DNA of 64,000 nt from an uncultured Nitrososphaerota archaeon (lineage in GTDB: Archaea > Thermoproteota > Nitrososphaeria > Nitrososphaerales > Gagatemarchaeaceae). This document shows positions 56,685-64,000 of this stretch, piece by piece. The position numbers and the translations under genes are program-made. Location of the stretch: NCBI GenBank assembly GCA_963718895.1, contig CAVRAG010000004.1, forward strand, positions 288,001 through 352,000. Reading direction: 5' to 3'. The notes below the pieces were generated by a model. It was given only the letters and a program-made list of their open reading frames with translations, was not told the DNA's origin and ran no database searches. The first letter of the stretch is position 1; each line of letters starts with the position of its first letter.

Positions 56685-57233
56685 TCACGTCGCTGCCTTC
56701 GGAATCTCTTCGAGGGAGCGCGCGATGTCAGTGCTCCAGGCCTCGATGTCCTGCCAGTCCCTGAAGTCGCCCTCCTGCATCGTCTTGCGAATCGTCTCTG
56801 ACTTCCGCAGTTGGCGGTAGAGGAAGCCCTGTTTGTCGCCCTCCAGAGCGCCGAAGAAGACCCGATGGCCCTTTGCCTGCAGGTCTCGTTTCAGCCCATC
56901 AAGCTCGGACGGACCGGAGACCGAAGGATCGAGAAGGTCTTGGCCTTTGGCATTCTTTTTCTCCTTGCCTGTCGGACCGCTGCTGAAGAGCCAGACCGGC
57001 CGCGTCGACAGGATGGCGTTGTTCCGCGATGCAAACCGTTTTGCCTCTTTCATCCAGTGAAACATGTACAGGGCGCTGCCAAGCACGAAAGCGTCGTAGG
57101 CCCCAAGATTCTGGACTTGGCTGACCTCAAGGACGTCGACGTCCAGCCCTCTCTGGCGGAGCTTCTCTCCGATGAAGTCGGCGATACCTTTGGTCGACCC
57201 GTGTTTGCTCGCGTAGGCGACAAGAATCTTCAT
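56685..57233 (-). CDS. Flavodoxin-domain protein (HemG-like)
   Basis: VAYASKHGSTKGIA, VLGSALY, WLFSSGP and GDFRDW motifs. Confidence 0.88.
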   Translation of the reverse strand: MKILVAYASKHGSTKGIADFIGEKLRQRGLDVDVLEVSQVQNLGAYDAFVLGSALYMFHWMKEAKRFASRNNAILSTRPVWLFSSGPTGKEKKNAKGQDLLDPSVSGPSELDGLKRDLQAKGHRVFFGALEGDKQGFLYRQLRKSETIRKTMQEGDFRDWQDIEAWSTDIARSLEEIPKAAT

Positions 57234-57350
57234 CTTCGTTCGCTCACCTTTTGGTGAGCGGCATAACGGTTTTTTGACGGCGGTGTTCAGACGTACACAA
57301 TGCTGTGCATAAGACCGAGGTCAGTTTGATGGAGGTGACTGTCCTTCGTT

Positions 57351-58493
57351 CTATCCGACACTGTTCCAGATTTGCGTTCCTGGAGGCAGTGGTTGAGTGG
57401 CGCTGATGCTGAATTGGTCGCCTGCATAGGCGGTCGGATTCTGGATCTGCCCTTGGACATTCCAAGGAGATGCAGAGTATGACACCGCAGACGCGATGTA
57501 GTGCCACACGCCGCTGCTCATGTACTGCGCAGATTGGATGTTTATAGTGTTGAACCTGAAAGGAGCTACAGCTGTCGTCTGTTGTTCGAGTAGCACATGC
57601 GGCTGGGTCGAGATGGACGCGATACTTGAGCCGAAGTCATAGGTTCCAAATTCTATTCCGTTGAAGTAGAATCCCCATATGTCGGAGTTGGGAGCTATGG
57701 CCTCGGCCATGAAGGTGTTGTATGAAGGTTGCGAGACGGTGGTCGAAGGCCCGGAACTGGAAGACATGGGGGCGTAGGGCAGAGTTGTCACGTTCCATAC
57801 TTGGCCGAACGGTAGGATCGTGTCGTTTCCCGTCTGGAAGTACCCTACTTGGATGAAGAGATCGTCCGGGAGGTAGTCGTCGATGAAGACGGCAATCAGA
57901 TTTGAGGACCTTTCGCCTACCGTGGTCTGGGGAACAGCTTCTATTGTCGCCCTTATCCCGGAGTTGCCTGCCATATTGACGTCAGACGATGTGATACCCG
58001 TGTAGAAGTAATTGACCGCGTCCGCTATTGAGGTCGTGGTTGTTGTACCCGACGATGAGGTGGAGCTCGAACAGAAAGAACCCTCCCCACACGTAGAACT
58101 TGACGTGGTGGTGGTCGATATGGTGGTGCTTGAAGTCGTCGACGCAGTTGTGGTCGATTTGCTTGATTCCGCTGAAGAACTCGAAGTTGTAGATGAGGTG
58201 ATCGTGATGCTTGTTGTTGAAGGCGGCGGGCTAGTTATGGAGGCTGTGCTCGAGATAGTCGTGCTGGATGTGGTAGTGCTTGGGGTGGTTGCGCTTGGCG
58301 TCGAGTATGTTGAGGACGATAGAGTCGACTCGGTGGTCGCCAGCTTGCTCACGCTCTGCTCCCCGAACCTCGTGTACGCCAGGACGACCGTGAGGGACGC
58401 TAAAGCTACCACCACCACAATAGCCACTGCCAGTATCTTGCGAGATGGTCCTCCGGTTGCTATTGCCGTCAAGCGAGCCAGCCTCGTAATCAT
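57351..58493 (-). CDS. Membrane-anchored Ser/Thr-stalk protein with putative glutamic-peptidase-like beta-sandwich
   Basis: TM, long S/T linker, FIQVGY...WGFYFNG...VLLEQ. Start may be TTG 58472. Confidence 0.7.
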   Translation of the reverse strand: MITRLARLTAIATGGPSRKILAVAIVVVVALASLTVVLAYTRFGEQSVSKLATTESTLSSSTYSTPSATTPSTTTSSTTISSTASITSPPPSTTSITITSSTTSSSSAESSKSTTTASTTSSTTISTTTTSSSTCGEGSFCSSSTSSSGTTTTTSIADAVNYFYTGITSSDVNMAGNSGIRATIEAVPQTTVGERSSNLIAVFIDDYLPDDLFIQVGYFQTGNDTILPFGQVWNVTTLPYAPMSSSSGPSTTVSQPSYNTFMAEAIAPNSDIWGFYFNGIEFGTYDFGSSIASISTQPHVLLEQQTTAVAPFRFNTINIQSAQYMSSGVWHYIASAVSYSASPWNVQGQIQNPTAYAGDQFSISATQPLPPGTQIWNSVG

Positions 58494-58508
58494 TTCGGGC
58501 CGGATTGC

Positions 58509-58528
58509 GATTAATAGTTATGTCCGAA
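58509..58528 (-). promoter_or_regulatory. Conserved 20-bp accessory-gene element
   Basis: Minus strand TTCGGACATAACTATTAATC; identical to 18351-18370. Confidence 0.75.
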
Positions 58529-58563
58529 CGGTGGCTCTATCTGAGTGCACGATCTAACTAAGC

Positions 58564-58583
58564 CACTGACAAAGCCGTATATC
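58564..58583 (+). promoter_or_regulatory. Conserved element variant
   Basis: CACTGACAAAGCCGTATATC, about 35 nt before ATG 58619. Confidence 0.4.
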
Positions 58584-58618
58584 TCGGAGGTTCAGAGTTC
58601 GTACAAGGGTGCTGAGCC

Positions 58619-58878
58619 ATGGGATTCTTCAGCCGTTGTCCGGCGTGCAGGGGACGCTTTGGAGTCAAGCGCCTGGACCGGAAGCTCGTTAAGAGTGAAC
58701 GGGAACCGAGACGATAATGCGGCCGGTCGCAGCCAGCCCGGCAAACGTCAAGGGGGCTTCGAGGGTCGTCGAGGTCCCGGAAGTGATCTCATTCACGAAG
58801 AAGGAGTTCGAGGAGAGCTACAGATGCCCAAAGTGCGGGCACCAGTGGTCCGTCCAAATCGATGTGGTATCTCGCTGA
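58619..58878 (+). pseudogene. Zn-ribbon protein, frameshifted near 58703
   Basis: MGFFSRCPACRGRF...KSERE, then in another frame TETIMRP...YRCPKCGHQWSV. Confidence 0.6.
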
Positions 58879-58937
58879 AAGGAACCTCGATGACCGACTT
58901 CTTCCCCTTGTTTGTGGCGCTTCACTGGGCTTCCTAA

Positions 58938-59420
58938 TCACCCATGGGACGTTCGCCGGGTGATGTCCTTCTTCATTGCCGCCGCGAGATTGACCCACGC
59001 CTGTGAGTCTTCCTCCATGAGCTTCTTCGACATGGCAGCAATCTCGGACGGGGAGGGAATCTTCTTCCCTTCTTCGATCTGAGCGCCGTTGTAGTCCAGG
59101 CGCGAGGCGTTCTCACCCTCGGAGACGATCTGGTAGATGAATTGTGAGTACTTTCCCGGGTCGGAGACTCTCGTGTTGGTCCACATCAACAGCTTCGGGT
59201 AGAGCCGCACGACCTTCACCTTCGTGGTCTTCGCGCTCCCGGTGTCGACTTCGTCCGTCAGGATGACCGTGGCATCGTCGGTCCACTCTATCCGTCGAGA
59301 GCCTTTCATGCCTTCGAGCGCGATGTCGCCCGCGTCATAGTCGGTGCACCATCGATACGCCTCGGCGGCCGGGAACGGGAACCGCTGGCTGAAACCAAAA
59401 TGGACGGTATAGCTTGGCAT
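58938..59420 (-). CDS. SRPBCC/START-like hypothetical protein
   Basis: FPFPAAEAYRWCTDY...beta strands...C-terminal helix WVNLAAAMKKD. Confidence 0.65.
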   Translation of the reverse strand: MPSYTVHFGFSQRFPFPAAEAYRWCTDYDAGDIALEGMKGSRRIEWTDDATVILTDEVDTGSAKTTKVKVVRLYPKLLMWTNTRVSDPGKYSQFIYQIVSEGENASRLDYNGAQIEEGKKIPSPSEIAAMSKKLMEEDSQAWVNLAAAMKKDITRRTSHG

Positions 59421-59519
59421 AGGCTTCGCTATGGAAACTCGCAGTAATAGAATCTCCGCCCTTTTCGTTCGATATTTCATCTGGAGGAGGGGTATTCGCG
59501 ACCGGATGGATTCTTTGTG

Positions 59520-59681
59520 CTAGTCCTTCTCGATGACCAACTTCCCTTTCTTGAGCCTCTGCCGCAGTTCCTGACCCTCCTTCCAGCCCAGCTCCTTGAC
59601 CTTGGCCGGAGGGATGACGACCGTCCACCGGAAGTACTCCTTCCCCTTGACTTCTCGCGTCTTTTGCTTCTGGAGGCGCAT
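59520..59681 (-). CDS. Small AbrB-like DNA-binding protein (not in ORF track)
   Basis: MRLQKQKTREVKGKEYFRWTVVIPPAKVKELGWKEGQEL...GKLVIEKD. Confidence 0.8.
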   Translation of the reverse strand: MRLQKQKTREVKGKEYFRWTVVIPPAKVKELGWKEGQELRQRLKKGKLVIEKD

Positions 59682-59797
59682 GCAGACGACGTGGTAATGG
59701 TTTAGACGCCTAATAAGCGCGATTCAGGTAGCGCTTGCACACAGCACTGTGTAAGCGTACACATCTTCGCCAACTAAACGCTATCTGCGGCAGCGGA

Positions 59798-60331
59798 TTA
59801 CCGGTTGGGCAGTCTGCGGTGGTTCAGTATCGCCCTGAGCTCCGCGAGCGAGAACGGCTTCTGGATGGTCTCCAGCCCGGAGGCGTGGGCCTTCCCGATG
59901 ATCGAGTCGTCCGCGGTGGCGATTATGATCCTCACGGACCTGTTCACCTCCCGTATCCTCATGGCAGCGTCGAGGCCGCTCATGCGCGGCATCCGGTAGT
60001 CCATGAGTATTATGTCGGGGTGGACCTGCTCCTGCATCAGCGCCTCGACAATCTCGCTCCCGTCATAGCCGACGAACTCCTCAGTGTACCCAAGGTCACG
60101 CAGCGCGTATCGGTAGACTCCGACCAGGTCCCTCTCATCCTCGACGATTGCTATCCGGGTGAGCGCCTGCGCGGAGGACTTCTGTTTCGGTCCTGCTGGG
60201 GCGTCCTTGTCCGCGGTGTCGCTCTCCAGGCCTGCCGCGGCTTTCTTCCTCTGTGGGTGTTCCCGGCCGTCGCCTTCGTCCTCCAGCGTGTAGACGCGAA
60301 CGTGCACCTGCTGCCACGCGCGGTCCCTCAT
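59798..60331 (-). CDS. Stand-alone receiver-domain response regulator
   Basis: IAIVEDE, PDIILMDYRMPRMSG, IIATAD and QKPFS motifs. Confidence 0.9.
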   Translation of the reverse strand: MRDRAWQQVHVRVYTLEDEGDGREHPQRKKAAAGLESDTADKDAPAGPKQKSSAQALTRIAIVEDERDLVGVYRYALRDLGYTEEFVGYDGSEIVEALMQEQVHPDIILMDYRMPRMSGLDAAMRIREVNRSVRIIIATADDSIIGKAHASGLETIQKPFSLAELRAILNHRRLPNR

Positions 60332-62127
60332 GCCGGGCCTCGCGGCAGAAGCACCTCCACCCTAGTGCCCTTCGAAGGGTCACCGGCCACCCTGTCGAGG
60401 ACCCTCACCATCCCGCCGTATCTTGCGACCACGAGGGCGTGGACTATCGAGAGGCCAATGCCGCTCCCGCTCTCACTCTTCTGGTATCTGGTGAAGACCC
60501 TCGGCTTGACCTTGTCGTCTATCCCCCTGCCATGGTCGGTTATCGCGACCTTCCAGCATTTCGTGCGCCGCGTTTCCCCTCCCGCGCCCTCGGCCGCCGC
60601 GGCGAGGTCCGCCTCCTCCTCTGTCAGCTCGATGGCTATGGGGACGTCGACGCCGTCGGTGTACTGCACCGCGTTCGAGAGGATGTTCCTGAAGACCTCG
60701 TCCAGAAGGTCGTCAGCGAGCACTTGGGCGGCGGACCATCCCCCCAGCTCGGGGGCGTAGGTGACGGTTACCGCCCTCTTGAGGTTCGCCTGTGTTATCA
60801 GTTCGACCGACCTCTCGACCGGGGACCGCAGGTCGAGGAGCCACAGCTCCGGGATCTGCTCAGTTATCCTTGCGAGCTTCTTCGCCCTGTCTATCAGGTT
60901 GGTCGTGCCGTCGGCGGCGTCATCTATCGAGTCCAGGAGCGCCGCGAGCCGAAGCGAGTCCAGCTGCTGCCTCAGCAGGTCGACGGACAGCTTCGAGACC
61001 TGGACGAAGTTCCTGATGTCGTGCGTGAGTATGTCCTGGAGGAGCTGGGCCTGGCGCCTGCTGCTCCTCTCCTTCTCGAGCAGGGCCTGCTCCCTCTCCC
61101 GGAGCTCGGTGTCCTCCATCACCCTCTCGAAGAACCTGATGCTCGCGTTCACGGTCGGGCCCGTCGTGGCATAGGTCGCGAAGCCGATGGCGTCGGCGAA
61201 GTCGGGGGTCGATGAGTCCCTTTCCTCGATGACCAGCGTCGCGCTCTTGTCCACGACAAGCACCGTAATCCCGTTCCCGCCGCGCGCCTGCTGGATTGCC
61301 TTGAGCGTGATGGACCCCTTCCCCTGTGCGTCCGCCATGCCCTTCTCGGCGCTGCCGGACTGGATGGGGATTCCCTGCGGGCCGGCCCCTATCGCCGCGT
61401 CGATAGGAGAGAGTATCTGCACCACCGCCCCGCGCCTGGCGGCCTGCGCGAGCGAGTCGAATATCCCAATCTTCTCCTGGCGGTGGAACGCGTTCGAGGT
61501 GGGGAGCAGCAGCAGAACCTCCTCGTGGGCCTGCTGGACGAGCCTAACGTAGATGTCGCGCACTTCGGCGGGGCTCGTGACGACCCGCAGGCTCTGGGCC
61601 TCCGTCCCCTCCTCCAGCGCGCGAATGCGCAGCCGGCCGGGGGTCGCGGACCGCCACATGAGCTGGAATATCTGGTGCGCCTGCGAGACGACGTCGGCAC
61701 TCGTGGACCAGACGATCTCGCGTGGCGTCGCAGCCCCGGAGGAGACCTGCTCGTCCATCGCCGAAAGTGGGGTCGCGCAATACTCGCCCTTGCTTAGCAG
61801 GAAGGAGACTTTGTTGTCTTCGATATGCTTGACGTCGATGCCCGCGTCCATGACCTGCCTGTAGTAGTCCATATTCTCGCGCCGGAGGTCGACTATCATC
61901 TCGAAGCGGAACCCAGGGTTGCGCGCGAACATACCCTTGACATACTCCACCACCGGCTTGGTCTCCTTCGGGATCTTGTCGTCTGTCACGGCGGCGAGGT
62001 AGGACGACGTGACGGCCCTGTCGGTCACGGCGAATGAGACCTCGATTATCTCCTTGTCGCCCCTTACGACCTTCGTCTCTCCGCCCTCGACCAGAGTGTT
62101 GGGAGGTGCGGTCTGCTCTTCGTTCAA
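60328..62127 (-). CDS. Cytoplasmic sensor histidine kinase
   Basis: H box LTHDIRN, N box NILSNAVQY, G1 DHGRGI, G2 GSGIGLSIV. No TM. Confidence 0.92.
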   Translation of the reverse strand: MNEEQTAPPNTLVEGGETKVVRGDKEIIEVSFAVTDRAVTSSYLAAVTDDKIPKETKPVVEYVKGMFARNPGFRFEMIVDLRRENMDYYRQVMDAGIDVKHIEDNKVSFLLSKGEYCATPLSAMDEQVSSGAATPREIVWSTSADVVSQAHQIFQLMWRSATPGRLRIRALEEGTEAQSLRVVTSPAEVRDIYVRLVQQAHEEVLLLLPTSNAFHRQEKIGIFDSLAQAARRGAVVQILSPIDAAIGAGPQGIPIQSGSAEKGMADAQGKGSITLKAIQQARGGNGITVLVVDKSATLVIEERDSSTPDFADAIGFATYATTGPTVNASIRFFERVMEDTELREREQALLEKERSSRRQAQLLQDILTHDIRNFVQVSKLSVDLLRQQLDSLRLAALLDSIDDAADGTTNLIDRAKKLARITEQIPELWLLDLRSPVERSVELITQANLKRAVTVTYAPELGGWSAAQVLADDLLDEVFRNILSNAVQYTDGVDVPIAIELTEEEADLAAAAEGAGGETRRTKCWKVAITDHGRGIDDKVKPRVFTRYQKSESGSGIGLSIVHALVVARYGGMVRVLDRVAGDPSKGTRVEVLLPRGPA

Positions 62128-62331
62128 CCGTGGTAGGGCCTCGCGTTAGGGCGGAATGGGCTGCACAGACCGACGACGGGACTCTGGCGTCCTGTCACTT
62201 CATCACTCGAGTGCAAATTCGTGGAGATGATATATGAAGATTCCTCCAAGGCTGCACGGCCGCTGGAGGGCACCACAGAACATGTAAGGTTCGGACGCCA
62301 AGAAAGTGAAGGGTGTTACATAACAAAACTA

Positions 62332-62350
62332 CTCGGACAAATGTATAATC
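62332..62350 (+). promoter_or_regulatory. Conserved element variant
   Basis: CTCGGACAAATGTATAATC, about 23 nt before ATG 62374 (short signal-peptide-like ORF). Confidence 0.5.
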
Positions 62351-62494
62351 AGAAATCCTCTCTTTAGTATTCAATGTCTCGCAGCCATCCGCGGCTCGGT
62401 ATAGCGCTGCTGGCAGTAGTCTATGCGCTGAAACCCTCCTTCGCCGGCACGACCAGCGCCAGAACCAATATCGCGGCTCCGGCTCGTACCAGCC

Positions 62495-62824
62495 TCATCT
62501 GCCCGCGGGCTCTCCGAGCAGCTCAAGCAACGACCGTCCGAAGGGCGTGACCCGGTACATCTTCACCCGACCGTAGGTTGCATCCTCATCCACCAGGCCG
62601 TGCCTGCTCATCACGACGACGTGATAGTCCACGGCGCCCCAATCGAGGTCCAGCTCTTGCGCGAGTTGCAGCCTGTCCTTCGGCTCCGACAACGCACACA
62701 GGAGATTCAGCCGCGTCCTGGCTCCCTTCATCCTTGTGAAGAGATGGAACGTACCGGAATCGAACCCGAGGCTCTCCCAGCGGGATCTCGTCGTCCCCCG
62801 CCATATCCAGGCCCGCGTGCTCAT
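62495..62824 (-). CDS. ArsR-like wHTH regulator; soluble paralog of the 15641 C-terminus
   Basis: WIWRG..SRWE.LGFDSG...KGARTRLNLL...KDRLQLAQEL.LDW.AVDYH. Confidence 0.85.
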   Translation of the reverse strand: MSTRAWIWRGTTRSRWESLGFDSGTFHLFTRMKGARTRLNLLCALSEPKDRLQLAQELDLDWGAVDYHVVVMSRHGLVDEDATYGRVKMYRVTPFGRSLLELLGEPAGR

Positions 62825-62853
62825 GAGAGCTTCTTCGGGGTCGGGGGCCCATA

Positions 62854-62901
62854 GTCCTACGCTTTAGGGCGGAGTCGGAACGCTGTCCTAATCCTTAGGA
62901 C
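62854..62901. promoter_or_regulatory. Two GTCCTA-N5-TAGGAC palindromic operators
   Basis: GTCCTA-CGCTT-TAGGGC at 62854-62870 and GTCCTA-ATCCT-TAGGAC at 62885-62901. Confidence 0.65.
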
Positions 62902-62924
62902 AGGTCCCGATTGCACACCCCGAA

Positions 62925-63347
62925 CTAGGTATCCCGGGTCGTTGCGTAGGTCTTGAAGGCCTCGTACGCCGTTATGACTACAGCCGCGGAGTTCACGATT
63001 AGCGCGAAGAAGTAGAGGGAGGTGACCGAGGCCGGCCGGAACACCGTCAGCAGGATTGCCAGGGTGCTCAGGAAGAAAGCCGCGTACGCCGTCTGAAGCG
63101 GTATTATCGTCTTCCTTATCCTGATGACGTTCTCGAAGATGACCCTGTCGACCGCGTAGCCCCCCTCCCTTTCCTGGACGAGCCCGGCTCGGACGAGCTT
63201 CTTGATGTGGTACTCGGCCACCGAGGGCGAGCTCAGCGAAAGCGCCCTCTGGACGTCGCGGATGCCCACCGCAGTACCCGCTCTGTACATGTAGCGATAG
63301 ACGCGGAGCGTGGTGCCGCTGACGTAGTCCTTGAAATCCTCACTCAT
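62925..63347 (-). CDS. wHTH regulator with two C-terminal TMs
   Basis: GTTLRVYRYM...GIRDVQRALSLSSPSVAEYHIKKL..GLV...Y, followed by two hydrophobic helices. Confidence 0.85.
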   Translation of the reverse strand: MSEDFKDYVSGTTLRVYRYMYRAGTAVGIRDVQRALSLSSPSVAEYHIKKLVRAGLVQEREGGYAVDRVIFENVIRIRKTIIPLQTAYAAFFLSTLAILLTVFRPASVTSLYFFALIVNSAAVVITAYEAFKTYATTRDT

Positions 63348-63405
63348 GGCATCACGCGTCCACACGGTATCGCCGCGTTGCGGACTTATCCTTATGGAAC
63401 CGGGC

Positions 63406-63424
63406 ATCCTAAAACGTAGGACTA
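63406..63424 (+). promoter_or_regulatory. Third GTCCTA-N5-TAGGAC-type operator
   Basis: ATCCTA-AAACG-TAGGAC, adjoining TATA-like CTATAT before ATG 63453. Confidence 0.6.
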
Positions 63425-63452
63425 TATCGATAGGGTCCGAGATACCCTCAGG

Positions 63453-64000
63453 ATGTCACAGCCGGGAAAGGTGGTTGCCGGGGCGGGGGTAGCGGTCATC
63501 GCAGCCGTCCTGCTCGGAGTGCTGGCGAGCGCCAGCTTCCCGTCGGGGGCGCCGTCCCTGACCTTCACCACCACGACCACACCCACCGTCGCCGTCACAT
63601 TCACGGTCATCGCCACTTCGACGGTCACGGCCACCTACGGCGTCTCCACTTCCGCGTCGACGGTGAGCTCCTTGAGCACCACAACGACTTCGGTGGCGAC
63701 GACGAACTCGGCCACAGTCAGTGCTACAACGTCTGCCACATCGACGAGCACTGGGACAACTGAATCTTCGACCACGACGTCGCCGTGCGGATCGCCGGGG
63801 GTGTACTGCGGGAACATCCAGATCACTTCGGCGAACCTGACCGTCGGCGCAAGCGGCAGTTTCCTGCAGGTCACTTTGCTCGAGGTGGGCAACTCCTACA
63901 TCGGCAGCGCGACCGTGTACGTCAACGGGACGGTCATCGGCGTCCCGCCCGCCTCCCAATACGAACCTCCTGGGAACATCATACTGAACGTCCAACCCGG
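63453..64000 (+). CDS. Exported Thr/Ser-stalk protein, 5' part (runs off window)
   Basis: MSQPGKVVAGAGVAVIAAVLLGVLA, long Thr/Ser tract, CGSPGVYCGNIQITSANL. Confidence 0.75.
   Translation, partial: MSQPGKVVAGAGVAVIAAVLLGVLASASFPSGAPSLTFTTTTTPTVAVTFTVIATSTVTATYGVSTSASTVSSLSTTTTSVATTNSATVSATTSATSTSTGTTESSTTTSPCGSPGVYCGNIQITSANLTVGASGSFLQVTLLEVGNSYIGSATVYVNGTVIGVPPASQYEPPGNIILNVQP

Noticed and set aside
58012-58557. Val-rich antisense ORFs and ACC/ACG-rich tracts (also 8200, 10120-10320, 63560-63780) as tandem repeats or genes
   Set aside because: They are shadows of Thr/Ser-rich linker codons on the coding strand.
1-64000. tRNA, rRNA, CRISPR arrays, transposases, integrases
   Set aside because: No cloverleaf with a T-loop, rRNA-like tract, regular repeat-spacer array, or DDE/tyrosine-recombinase motif was recognised by eye. 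Small C/D-box RNAs could have been missed.

Overview
This is a GC-rich archaeal chromosome segment, most consistent with a non-ammonia-oxidising Nitrososphaerota (Thaumarchaeota). The assignment is inferred from PolD, F420 genes, a thaumarchaeal-type histidine kinase and TACK-like gene order. Core blocks: the end of a hyf-like Ehr complex whose large subunit lacks Ni ligands (1-6514); dph2-csl4-rpoL-tfs; gins15-priS and PCNA; rpl44e-rps27e-aIF2a-nop10; aglB, gcvHT, cofE, topA, an XPD-like helicase, an HD dNTPase, tmk, secG, glyA and polC; and a two-component pair. Accessory islets of small exported or membrane proteins, VapBC pairs and winged-helix regulators lie between these blocks. The most notable unexplained structure is: (1) a free-standing tandem-LAGLIDADG fusion gene preceded by a hairpin-dense 300-nt leader and an array of TTGCCA boxes; (2) a 20-bp element, TTCGGACAWANNTATTAATC, upstream of about 12 accessory, mostly exported-protein genes; (3) three stacked VapBC modules, each followed by a related repeat; (4) membrane-tethered wHTH regulators and a GTCCTA-N5-TAGGAC operator; (5) an OSTC/Ost3-like protein near aglB; (6) apparent CTG start codons. 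No tRNA, rRNA, CRISPR array, integrase or transposase was recognised. All calls are by eye, without database searches.
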